64,000 bases of DNA from a virus, in IMG/VR virus record IMGVR_UViG_3300045988_044010; one strand, 5' to 3'. The translations under genes were made by a program, and so were the position numbers. This document shows positions 12,281 to 24,267 of the stretch, piece by piece. The notes under the pieces are model-generated. The model was not told the DNA's origin, did not search any database, and saw nothing but the letters and a program-made list of their open reading frames with translations. Position 1 is the first letter of the stretch. Each line of letters opens with the position of its first letter.

Positions 12281-13303
12281 ATGAAAAGATATAATAATTT
12301 ATTTGAACAGATTGTTAGCTTAGACAATCTACGTCTAGCTGAAAAGAAAGCTAGAAAAAACAAGACTCACAGACCAGAAGTTATTGAGTTCGATAAGAAT
12401 AAAGAACAGTTACTGTTAGAGTTATAGAAAATGTTAATTGATGGTACATATGTGACATCTCCGTATTATATCTATAAGATATATGAACCAAAAGAAAGAG
12501 AAATCTTTAGGTTGCCATATTATCCAGATAGAATAGTACACCACGCAATAATGAATATATTAGAACCTATATGGGTTTCAACCTTCGTGAAAGGTACATA
12601 TAGTTGCATTAAGAAACGTGGTATTCATAAAGCTATGAGAGATGTAAAAGAATCATTAAAGGACATACAAGGAACTCAGTATTGTCTAAAGTTAGATATC
12701 AGAAAGTTCTATCCTTCAATTGATAATGATATACTCAAACAAGTAATAAGAAGAAAGATAAAGGACGTTAAGTTATTAAATCTATTAGATAGTATAATAG
12801 ACTCTGCTGAAGGAGTACCTATTGGAAATTACTTATCACAATTCTTTGCAAACTTATATTTAACTTATCTAGATCACTATATTAAGGAAGTTCAGAAAGT
12901 TAAACACTATTTCAGATATGCAGATGATATTGTAATATTACATAGTGATAAGAAATATCTTAGATATCTATATGAAGATATTAAGGATTATTTAGAGAAT
13001 AAACTTAATTTACATTTCAAAGATAACTGGCAGATATTTAAAGTAGATTCTAGAGGAATAGATTTTGTAGGATACAGATTGTTTCATACACATATACTTC
13101 TTAGAAAGAGAATCAAACAAAACTTCTGCAGAAAGATAACAAAACTAAATAAAAAAGATATTGATAAGGATGATTATAAACAAAAAATATGTAGTTATAT
13201 AGGTTGGATTAAACATTGTAATGGAAGGAATTTGTTCAGTAAAATGTTGAAATATAAAGAGCTATTAGAATACGTTAACATCCATAGACCAAGTAAAACA
13301 TAA
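12281..13303 (+). CDS. DGR-type reverse transcriptase (1 in-frame TAG at 12425-12427)
   Basis: N-terminus MKRYNNLFEQIVSLDNLRLAEKKARKNK...; then YYPDRIVHHAIMN; PIGNYLSQFFANLYL (the DGR-type xGNxxSQ motif); and FRYADDIVIL (the YxDD catalytic box). Confidence 0.9.
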
Positions 13304-13398
13304 CATACTTATATACGTTTTATAGTTATATCTCAAAACGATTATCAGCCCTAGCAGATCAAGTTCAGCCGGGGTTTTTACTTTTAAACTATTATCAA

Positions 13399-14022
13399 AT
13401 GTTTTTAGAATTCTTGCCACAAATACTTACAGGAGTAGCTTCAATTTTAGCTTTATGGTTCACTTATAATCAGTACACAAAGAATAAGATAACTGACTAT
13501 AAGATTGAAAGATGGAAAAAGCAAGAGCATGTTAACAATGTTAAAAATGCTGGAAATATAGCTACAATTTATGGAGAACTATGGGAACTCCTATACTTCT
13601 TAAAAGCTGACAGGGTATATCTTATCCAACCACATCCTCTATATAGAGAGATGTACATATCTGCTACATTAGAAGTAAAACAATATGGAGTATCTTCAGT
13701 AAGAGATAGTTTGTCTGATATCAAGATTGAAACAATCTCTAAGTTCGTATCTGATTTGGCAAATACTGAATATACATTTATAAACGATATAGATTCATCA
13801 GACTTTCTGGATAACAAGATTAAGTCAATCATGACAGGTAATGGTTGTCACTCCGTTGCTATCAGAAGATTAAGCGATGAAAAGAATAATTGGATAGGAT
13901 CTATAGTAATAGGTTACATACATACTTTTGATGATAACGTAGATCCTCAACTTATCGAAAAAATGTCTAGGTCAAGTGCACTTTCGATCTAGTACATATT
14001 ACCAGAATTCAAAACAGAATAA
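13399..14022 (+). CDS. Membrane-anchored hypothetical protein
   Basis: ORF 13399..13992 extends through TAG 13990-13992 to TAA 14020-14022. The N-terminal stretch LPQILTGVASILALWF is hydrophobic. Confidence 0.55.
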
Positions 14023-14023
14023 C

Positions 14024-14635
14024 ATGTTATTAAAAAGCTTTTTCAACAAATTGGCAGTCACTATCATAATTGGTTTGACTGCCTTTTGTTTTTTTTAGAG
14101 ATAGAAAATAAAGACACTAGATAAAAGTCTAGGTCAAGTAACAAACAATTACAAGTATTATCAGGAATTAAATAGCAAACTAAAAGAAGATAATAGAACC
14201 TTACAACTTACTATAGGTGAATTGAATAATAGTAAAGATAGTTTAATTACTGAAGTAAAGAAGGTTTAGAAGGAACTTAAAATCAAAGATAAGAATCTCT
14301 AGTAGGTACAAGTAATCAATACAGAAATGAAAGACTCAGCATCCGTTGAAATAAAAACTAAGAATGTTGACTTTAGTGAAAAACTAAAGCTAAATGAATT
14401 AACTACTATCACAGTAAATAGAAAAGACTCAATCTTAACTGCCATACTAGATCTAAGAAATTCCCAGATACTATTTGTAGAAGAAAAAAAAGAATATCGT
14501 AATTAGTATAAAAATGGCTTCTAGAGGTTCTTGCACTTTGATTGGAAGAAAGATCGTGTCAGAAAGTATCAAATACATAATAGCAACAAACTTATAAAGG
14601 TAACTGATACTAGAATCGTAGAAGTTACTAAATAA
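14024..14635 (+). CDS. N-terminal TM plus coiled-coil protein (spanin-like lysis candidate)
   Basis: ATG 14024 to TAA 14633-14635, checked codon by codon (8 in-frame TAG). The sequence starts MLLKSFFNKLAVTIIIGLTAFCFF and continues as a heptad-like charged region. It is absent from the ORF track because of the TAGs. Confidence 0.55.
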
Positions 14636-14674
14636 AAAATAAATCAATCTATTAATATATTAATCAATAATAAT

Positions 14675-15271
14675 ATGCATAGAATAATCCGTATAAAAGC
14701 TTATGAAGCTGAACACGGTCCTCATTTCAATGATGAGCATGCTCGCAAAGCTGTAAACAAGATGGAAAATGAAGACGGAACAAGAGGTCAGCATTGGTCA
14801 CTTGAGGAAACTACAGCATTAGCTAATCAGTATGGTATTCGTTTGGATGAAAAGATAAACAAATATGACTGGTACGTAGCATTAAATATGGTATACTCAG
14901 ATTACTACCGTGTAGTTGTTAGCATGACAGGCTCTAATAATACGAAGTACTTCGTAGAATTAGCTAAAGCATGGCTGCATGACAAAGACATAGATGAAGG
15001 TAAAATGTGGTTCTACTATATTTATGTAATGTGTGATAAGATTAGAAATGCTGAAGAGGATCTTTTCGAAAGACATTACAGCAAATATGAAGATGACGAC
15101 GAAGAGGAACGTTACGGTAACTACCGTAGAATGGGCAGATCTTCATATGGTAGACGTAAAGAGTACGACAGAGAATACGATGAAAGAGACTTTGAAAGGG
15201 AAAGAGAGAAATTTTTTCCTATGGAAGAAGAATCCAAACGTGGTCGTTCTGTGCGCTACATTAGATATTAA
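14675..15271 (+). CDS. Hypothetical protein with an R/E/Y-rich C-terminal tail
   Basis: Intact ORF with a TAA stop. Confidence 0.6.
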   Translation: MHRIIRIKAYEAEHGPHFNDEHARKAVNKMENEDGTRGQHWSLEETTALANQYGIRLDEKINKYDWYVALNMVYSDYYRVVVSMTGSNNTKYFVELAKAWLHDKDIDEGKMWFYYIYVMCDKIRNAEEDLFERHYSKYEDDDEEERYGNYRRMGRSSYGRRKEYDREYDERDFEREREKFFPMEEESKRGRSVRYIRY

Positions 15272-15303
15272 TCAAATTAAATCAATCCTAAATAAAATCA
15301 ATT

Positions 15304-16158
15304 ATGTTAGAAGATAAAATTATCGTTCAAGATCGCGGTTTTGACGCTGGTCTAGCTGCTTTAATGCAGAATGCAAACAAAGGTAATATGGACCCTGCAG
15401 CTCTCATGGCTATGATGAATAACAATGGTATGGGTGGCAATGGTTGTTGGTGGATTTGGATCATCTTACTGTTCTTTGTATGGGGCGGTTGGGGTGGAAA
15501 CGGCTTTGGCAACAGAGGCGGTGAAGCTTCACAATTGGCTTCTCAACTGAACACAGATGCTAACACTAATCTGTTGATGCAGGCAATCAATGGTAACAAA
15601 GAAGCTATCAGCACATTATCTAATACTTTGAATTGCGATATCAACTCAGTACAGTCTGCATTAAACACTATTAATACTAGCGTAAGTCAGATCGCTTGTG
15701 ACACTAAACTTTCTGGTGCTCAGGTAATAAATGCTATCCAGAGTGGAAATGCTAGTCTTGCATCACAGCTCGCTTCTTGCTGCTGCGACGTAAGAAATGC
15801 CATAACTACTTAGGGTTATGAAAGTCAATTAGCAATAGTAAATCAGACAAATACATTAACTAGCAACGCTAATACTCAGTTCAATATCCTAGGAGCTAAG
15901 ATAGACGCTTAGACTCAGATTATCAATGATAGATTCTGTCAACTTGAAATGCGTGAAATGCAGAACAAGATTGACTCATTACGTCAAGAAAACACTCAGT
16001 TGGCTTTGGCTGCTTCTCAGCAAGCACAAACAGCTAATATTGTTTCTCAGTTGAAAGCTCCGTGCCCAACTCCTGCGTACGTAGTTCCTAATCCTAACTG
16101 CTGCTATGGTGGGTTTGCAGGCTATGGATATGGCTACAACGAAGGATGTGGTTGCTAA
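15304..16158 (+). CDS. Membrane protein with Gly-rich TM region and Cys/Gly/Tyr-rich C-terminus
   Basis: ORFs 15304..15813 and 15949..16158 share frame 1 and are joined through two TAGs. Notable stretches are CWWIWIILLFFVWGGWGG and the C-terminal CCYGGFAGYGYGYNEGCGC. Confidence 0.6.
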
Positions 16159-16174
16159 TAGAAAGGAGGTAATT

Positions 16175-16618
16175 ATGTATCCTTTCTATAATCTAGGTTA
16201 CGGTTTTCCTCGTAGAAATGTATAGAGATTAGATAGAGCTGGTATACCTGTAGCACGTACAATATACGTGACTACAGATACCGAAGCTAATCAGGTTACT
16301 TATGGTCTGTGCCCATACCAATGGAGACAATTGCCAAATGAAGGTATCTTACTGTTGAACGTACAGCACACTCCTTCAGCTAGTACTGCTGCGGATGCAG
16401 CTATCCTGATTGATCCTACTCATACTACATCTTCTGTTAACACAGTAAGCAATGTATCTGCGGGAGGAAAACAATTGGTAAATGGTTCTGGTGATCAGAT
16501 GGTTAATCAAGAAGTTACTGTTGGAAATAAATATTTCGTATACTATAATAAGTGTAATGGAATATTCCAAGTAGTAAACCATATTGTTACTCCAGCTGCC
16601 CCAGCTCCAGCAGCTTAA
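16175..16618 (+). CDS. Hypothetical protein
   Basis: ATG 16175 is preceded by AAAGGAGGT and joined to ORF 16268..16618 through one TAG. TAA stop. Confidence 0.6.
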
Positions 16619-16633
16619 TAATAAGGGCTCTAT

Positions 16634-17227
16634 ATGAGCCCTTTAAACACTATACTAATTATGATGACATTTTCCCAATTAAATATTGGTCAACCAATTC
16701 ATGTGCTTGAGGTAGTAGGCACATTTAAAAAGAGTACTACTTACTATAGAGGTATGGTTACTAGCGTATCTAAGATATACGAAGAGCAACTACCACCACA
16801 ACAATTTCCAATGCCTAATTAGACTAGAAAGAAATTAGTAGATATAGTAATTAGTTGTGATGGAGAATCTAAGAAGTTGTCAGTAGAAGAAAACAAATCT
16901 ATAGTGACAGATGGGTCAATAGGTTTAACAGTGGCTACTGATAAACAACAAATAATAAACATGGTTAAAGCTAACTACGATGAATGCAAAGCTAAGAAAG
17001 AAGCAATGGCTAAGTATGATGAAGAGATGAACAAATGCGAGAACATACTTAAGTAGTTAGACTATAATGACAAAGAACCTGAGAAAGAAGATCCAAAGAT
17101 AAAGGAGCTGCAAGATCAGGTAGAAGAACTCAAAGGTTTAATAAAACAAGCGAGTAACATGGTTCCACCTTAGATGAAGTAGATGTTACCATAGAATATT
17201 CAAAAAGCAATGAATGAGGCTAGTTAA
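16634..17227 (+). CDS. Hypothetical protein
   Basis: ORF 16634..16822 extends in frame 2 through five TAGs to TAA 17225-17227, checked codon by codon. The start codon lies inside the hairpin 16623-16643. Confidence 0.55.
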
Positions 17228-17241
17228 TACTAGCCTTTTTT
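17218..17241 (+). terminator. Rho-independent terminator
   Basis: GGCTAGT-TAAT-ACTAGCC (7-bp perfect stem) followed by TTTTTT. It overlaps the stop codon of the preceding gene. Confidence 0.7.
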
Positions 17242-17360
17242 CATTTATAGCCCCAAGAACAAACGCTATTAGTTCATATGGTCTATTGTATTACTTACTA
17301 CGTAAAGTGGCTAGAAACGCCTTAAAATACGTTATTATTATATTTAATAAATAATGCATT

Positions 17361-18017
17361 ATGAAATTAAACACATTGAATACTATTATTGATGATATTC
17401 TACTTGAATTGCGCAACAGTTCTATTGCCGAATCAGAACATATAAGTAGAATACAAATCGAGCAATGGATTCATAACTACAGAGCTATGTTAATTAAATA
17501 GGATATTGATAAAGGAAGAGATATCAATCCTATGTATGTGTAGACTCTGCCTTGTATTCATCTAGATCGTGTTGAGTGCACTCCCGGTCATATTGAATAC
17601 GTAAGTAATATTGAATTACCAAAGCTTATAGACTTTCACTTTAGAACTGGATTAGTATCTGTAAAAGATATGTTCGGCAATTTAATCTAGTTAGGAAGTG
17701 AAACTAAAAACAAATATCAAAAGTATAGAAAATATACATGCAAAGACTACATAGCATATCTGAAAGGTAACAGAATATATGTAGATGGAGGTAATCATCA
17801 GTTAGAATATATCGAGGCAGATGTTATATTAGAGAATCCAGCTGATGCAAATGAATGCTTTGATCCAGATATGCCTTATCCAGCACCAGCTCACATGATA
17901 CCAACTATTAAAGATTTAATCTTTAGTAAAGAGTTAAATATAATGCCAAAAATGCCTACTGATGAGACTAATAACTCTAGAGATGATATGTAGAACATTT
18001 ATAAACAGCAGAAATGA
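17361..18017 (+). CDS. Conserved virion protein (possible head-tail adaptor; function not established)
   Basis: ATG 17361 to TGA 18015-18017 with four in-frame TAGs. It is the first gene after the terminator and heads the tail/ejection-protein run. Confidence 0.55.
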
Positions 18018-18463
18018 CACACAGAAAATCTTACACAATAAGTGACTTCTATTAGTTCTACCTATCTAATATTGAAAGAGATACTGTATATGATATTGAT
18101 TATAAAGTGTACAGACAAATAATAGAAGACTATTTTAAATTTATAGCAGACTAGGTTATTGAACATAGTAGAGAATTTAAACTACCATGCAGATTGGGTA
18201 ATCTAAGTATAGTGAAACGTAGACCTAAGAACTTTGATAATAAGAGTCTAAGGATTGATTATCATGAAAGTGCTATACAAGGTAAAGCAGTATACTTTAT
18301 CAACGAACATTCCAATTTTTTTAAATTCAGATTTTTGTGGTCAAAAAAAGACAGTCTTCTAAAAAATAAAACCAGATATTAGTTTGTTGCCACCAGAGCA
18401 AACAAGAGAAGATTAGCACAAATAATAAAAAATAGAGAGCATGATTACGTGGAGATTCGCTGA
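18014..18463 (+). CDS. Hypothetical basic protein
   Basis: ATG 18014 overlaps the upstream TGA (ATGA) and joins ORF 18194..18382 through TAGs. It ends at TGA 18461-18463. Confidence 0.55.
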
Positions 18464-19196
18464 TGTTAACAAATTACCTGAGGAATCTGGTATTTATATG
18501 ATATTGAATATATTAAACAATCATAAATACGTAGGTAGCACCAATAACTTTAAGAGAAGACTAACCAGACATCGCGGAGAATTACGTAAGGATAAACATC
18601 ATTCCACTTACTTGTAGAGGGCGTATAATAAATATGGTGAAGACAAATTCATAATATATATACTAGAGAGATGTTAGCCTATAAAAGATACTTTGATATA
18701 TTTAGAGTAGAAGTATTTGGATTTAAATCCAGAATATAATATCGAGAAAGTAGCAGATAGAAGATTTACTAAATAGGCAAAGATAAAAACAAATAAGGTA
18801 AAGCATCCAATACAACAATATAGTTTAGACGGTAATTTTATCAGAGAATTTGACAGTATAACACAGGCAGCCAAATGGTGTGGAAATAAAAACAAACACC
18901 CTCAAATATCTTTGTGTTGTTAGGGTAAATTGATCCAAGCGTGCGGGTATCTATGGAAATATAAGAATGATGATAGAAGCATTATGCAAGTAACAAAACA
19001 ACCTTGTGATAAAGGAATAAAAGTTGATCAATTAGACATAAACGGGAACTATATTAAAACTTATGATAATATGAGAATAGCTGCAGAATCAAATGGATCA
19101 ATACAAAATAGATCTGCTATAAATAGAGTATGTAGAGGATAGAAGAAAACAGCTTTTGGGTATAAGTGGAGATACCATACAAATAATATATTATGA
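18441..19196 (+). CDS. Free-standing GIY-YIG homing endonuclease (5 in-frame TAG)
   Basis: The N-terminal half reads SGIYMILNILNNHKYVGSTNNFKRRLTRHRGELRKDKHHSTYL-Q-RAYNKYGEDKF. Two C-terminal repeats follow the pattern Q.D.NG..I..(F/Y)D....AA......I...C.G (NUMOD-like). Confidence 0.85.
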
Positions 19197-20104
19197 TAGA
19201 CAATAATATGATATCATCTAAAGCAGTTATAGCCAAAATAATTGCTGATTTAGATTTAAAAGAAGATGAAGTTAAAATAACCGATATAAGAGAATATATT
19301 GGTGAGGCTATGGAAAAGATAGGTGCTATATAGCAACTAGAACATAAAGTAGAAAATATTCCTGTAATAGGTTACTAGGCAAAGTTGCCATGTGATCTAT
19401 ACAGATTAAATTAGGTAGCATTTTCATTTGAGAATAGTTGTGGTTGGTTACCCATGAGAAAGGTTACCAACTCTTTTGGTGTTTATACCAAATGTGATAA
19501 ATGCGATCCTAATATGATAATTGGAGATAACGCTCTTATACCTTTGGTAAAGAATTTATACAACCTTATAGATGATAGGTCTGCATTAGATATCATTAAC
19601 TCTGATCCTAACGTTAAAAAGACATTAAGTGCTTTAGTAAATCAATATACTATACCTAGTGTAAATGGTAGACTTATAGTAGGTAATCCAGCATCATTAA
19701 ACGGATCATTACAATACTCTACTAAACCGGGGTATATTACAGTTAATGTTCCTTGTGGTTGGGTTAAGATATCTTATCATGCTATCATTACTGATGAAGA
19801 TAGTATGCCTATGATACCTGACAATCCTTCTTATTTCGAAGCTATATTTTGGTATGTAGCTATGAAGTTATCTTATCCTAAGTATCTAAAAGGACAACTG
19901 AATCAAAACATATACTATGATATGAAGAACTCATGGAACTTCTATCGTAGACAGGCTTACGCAGAAGCTATGATGCCGGGTGTAGATGAAATAGAATCTA
20001 TCAAGAATGATTGGCATAAGTTATATACAGAGTTTGATGATCATGATACGTTCTTTGCTACTACTGGAGATGAACAAATAATATATAATTAGAATAGATT
20101 ATGA
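19193..20104 (+). CDS. Virion/tail protein (function not established)
   Basis: ATG 19193 is joined to ORF 19454..20092 through TAGs. Read-through of TAG 20090-20092 ends at TGA 20102-20104, giving an ATGA overlap with the next gene. Confidence 0.6.
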
Positions 20105-23100
20105 CAAATACTTTACAAACTAACAGTTTCGTAGGTGGTATGAATATGGATATTGATATTCATGCAATACCTGAGAATCAGTATAGATATGCTGAGAACA
20201 TCAGAATCATTACTGATACTGAAGGTACTAGTGGAGTATTGCAAAATATTTAGAATATTCGCCCAGTAGATGGTGGCGGATTTATATCAGATGATGAAAC
20301 TGTATTATATGCTGTTACTGTAGATAAGTATGCTGTTATTCTTACTGTAGATAGTAAAAACATAAATAGAGTATATAGAGTATCTGATTATAATAATCTA
20401 CCTCTAAAGAACACTGTAATAATAAAAGGTAAACTATAGTATGGTAAGTCTAATAGGGTTAAAATAGTAGCTAACTATGAGGCTGAGAATAATATTAAGA
20501 TATACATAACAGATGGAAATACTCCTATTAGAGTATTAAACATTATGGATAATAAGTATGTATATGAACCGGGTGTTACCAATGACTTGTTAGATAGTGA
20601 AGGCAATATTAAAGATCTAAGTATATTAGATTTAACTCCGAGTTCATTACTATCTCCTCCAAAAATAACAGAACTAGGCTCTGGTAATTTATCATCTGGT
20701 ATTGTACAATATGTATACCAATTATTTAATGTTAGAGGATCTAACACTATTATGTCTCCTTGTAGTGGTTTAGTGCATTTAACAGACAGTAATACTTCTA
20801 GTAGCCTAAATGAATATCATGGGTTAGATAAAGAGGTATCTACAGGTAAGTCTGTTAAAATGACTATTGATCTGGTAGATAAAACTACAGGAATAAACTA
20901 TAATAGTTATTATACTAATTGTAGGATATTTAGGATATTTTATAATGATAACACGGCATTACCAACTATTGATGTTATTGCTGAAATTAAATCATCTAGT
21001 ACAGCTACTAGTATTGAGTATGAAGATTTAGGTGGAACTCCAATTAATACTATTACTTTAGAAGAATTAAATTCTTTAACAAACAATTCATTTGTAGCTT
21101 CTACTATTGAGAAGAAAGATAATAGATTATTTGCTGCTGGTATTAAAGAAAATACTTGGAGAACAGATTATGATGCTAGAGCTTATAGATGTACTAAGGA
21201 AGGGAGACTTATTCTTAAATCTGCTAGCGGGTAGAATGATATTGATGTAATGCTACCAGAGTATGGTTCGCAAGCATGGAAGAATATATTATCAGATATA
21301 GATCCTGAACATGATTGCATCAATCCCTATAACTCTGTAAAGGGATAGCCAACTGCTAACGATAATCTACAATATAGTAATAAGGTTGAAAGAGGTGCTA
21401 GAATATTAGGAGGTAGTGGTATAAATGTAAGCTATAGATTTGTTTATACTGAGCTTACTATGGATACCATGTAGTCTATGAATACATCTGCAACAGAAGG
21501 TCATGACTATGCTAAGATTCAAGTACTCCCTCAGACTACATCTTCTATGACATTCTATTTCTTAGATGGACTGAAGGATACATCAATAAATCGTAGTATT
21601 CCAGAGTATTCTAGATAGATGAATTATGCAGATCCATATATTGATGCTAATTTCAGAGGATATTAGAGAGATGAAATATATAGATTTGGTATTGTATTCT
21701 ATAACAATAAGAGTATTCCATCTAATGTTAGTTGGATTGGAGATATTAGAATGCCTAACGCTCATGAGTACCCAACCTTCTTTGCAGGAGAAAATCTTAT
21801 TGGTAAAGCATTAGGATTACAATTTGAAGTATCTAATGTACCAGAAGAAGCAGTGGCGTACGAAATAGTAAGGTGTAGACGTACTATTGATGATAGAACT
21901 GTATTGATGCAAGGAGTTATATCAGAGATAACCAACTATCCATATAAGTATATCAATAAAGGTGATGAACCAGATAATAGTTATAGACCTAGAATACCGC
22001 TTGGATACACAGATCAGGACATACCTGTTAAGTATGCAAAAGCTTATCCTTATGGAGAACTAGGGGCTGAGCAATCCTCTATGTTCTATAATGATAGAGT
22101 TACAAAATACTATGTTACATTCATAAGCCCAGAACTAGATATAACAGGTGAAAGCTTGGTAGGCAAACTTAAGAATGCTCATGCTGAATTACTATATTAT
22201 TTACACCCAATAGCTAGTAAAGGATACTGGTATAAAGCTACTGATAGTTCTAATGTATTTTCTAATAAATACTTTATAACTCCTAATAATACAAATTGGG
22301 GATTTTCTTCTGACAGAGTAACAGAATCAAAGCTCATAGGATGTTATAATAGTAGCATTAATGGATTTGTAATAGCATCTGAAGAATTTGGTACACATTA
22401 GACTGTACACTCTATATCAAACTTAATAGGCAAAAGATACATATTACATAATACTGCAATATCTGAAAATAGGTTAACTGTAGATATTAATAATAACTCT
22501 ATATTTCCACCAATTATGGCTGGAGGAAATATTATGGCAGAAAAGATGCAGTACTATAGAACTATTGGTGATATTAATTATCTAAACTTAGGTCATATAC
22601 ACAACAGTGATGGCGATAATAATGGTGCACGTAGAGCAGGACCATTTGGTTATTGCGCAGTATTGAATGGAGATTTTACTAAGATACCAAAGTTTCATAG
22701 AGTGGATGGTGTTATACAGGCTAACTACAACATAACAAGCGTAATAGGTTCTCAAGATATATTCTTGAATAAGGCTTGGTTTGAGTTACCAGTAGTAAAC
22801 ATAAAACTTAGTAATATACCATATGGTGGGAATAGTTATATAGCTAGAACTAACTCTACATATATTAGTACTAACTCATTTACTACAGTAGGACCTAGTG
22901 GTGGTCAATCTTTAGTATATGGTGGCGATACTTTTATTGGTGTTCATGATCATAGGACTGCCAACGCATTCCCAGATCCGGGTGACGGAGATTATAGAGC
23001 ATCATTAATTAGCTGTACAGATTATATTCCAGTAGAAAGTAGTATTAATCTAGCATTGCAATATGGTGAAACTACTAGTCGTAGTTGTGAAGGTATGGAT

Positions 23101-24267
23101 GATTATACTAACCCATATTTAGGTACTACTATAGATGGGGGTACGTTGGGTAATTATAATAAATAGACTAAACCATACTATGCATATAATGATGCATATT
23201 CAGTTCAAGGTGATGCAAAGAAGTATGTTACAGAATCAGCTTATGCAATAACTAATGCTAATAATATAAATAGAATTGTATATTCACAAGCTAAGATTAA
23301 TAATGAAGTAACGGATAGTTGGTTACAGTTTAAGTTTGCAGATTACTTAGATGTAGACAATCAGTATGGTAAGATAACCAATCTTAAGTCATTTAATGAC
23401 AAACTGTTCTTCTGGCAAGATAGCGCATTTGGAGTAGCTTCTGTAAATGATAGATCACTTATTACTGATAACAATATTAGTGAACTTACTTTAGGTACTG
23501 GTGGTATATTGACAAGATACGATTATATTACTACTGGTAATGGGTCATCTGTTATAAACGACAATAGTATAACTAACTCTGACTTCGCATTATATTGGCA
23601 TGATAGAGATAAAAATGAGTTATGCCAATTCTCTGATACTATACATAAGTTGTCTAAAGAGAAAGGAGTATAGACTTATTTGAATGCAAATCCTAACTTT
23701 GTAGTTCATGATTCATTCTATGATAATGAATTCAACGAAGTTAGATTCTGTTTCAATACTAAGACATTAGTATATAATGAATATACCCAAAGTTTTACTT
23801 CATTTTATACTGAAAATCCTACTAGTCACTTGAAATTTTCTGACAAGTTGTTATATATCAAAGACAATAAAGTGATGCAAACCGAAGATCGTGCGTTAAA
23901 TGTAATGGAGTGTAAGATATAGTATATTATTAATAAAGATATACTATATACTAAGACATTTGACAATGTATTCTTTAGCGGTCAGTTTAGAGATATAAAG
24001 AATATGCTTACTGATGCTACATTTAGAACTACAGATCAAGTAGGTACTATTACTTAGGATTATGTAAATGGTGGTTATGCTATAGATCATAGAGAAAATA
24101 CATATAGATTTGCTATAGGCAGAGAATAGAATAGTGATGATACATTATCATATCCGGGCAGATTAAGAGGTAAGTACTTAATATGTGATCTTACTTTGAA
24201 TTGTGGAGAACAACACAACTTTACTCTCCCTAATATTAATACAACATATAGATACTCATTAGTATAA
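20101..24267 (+). CDS. Large tail protein (1,388 codons; nozzle/tube-like, assignment tentative)
   Basis: Four track ORFs (20545, 21751, 22516, 23680) all lie in frame 1. All gaps were hand-translated and hold only TAG. TAA 24265-24267 overlaps the next ATG. Confidence 0.7.

Noticed and set aside
16623-16643. Hairpin AAGGGCTC-TATAT-GAGCCCTT as a terminator after gene 16175..16618
   Set aside because: It has a good 8-bp stem but almost no downstream T-run, and it contains the next gene's start codon. It may instead modulate translation, so I did not list it as a terminator.
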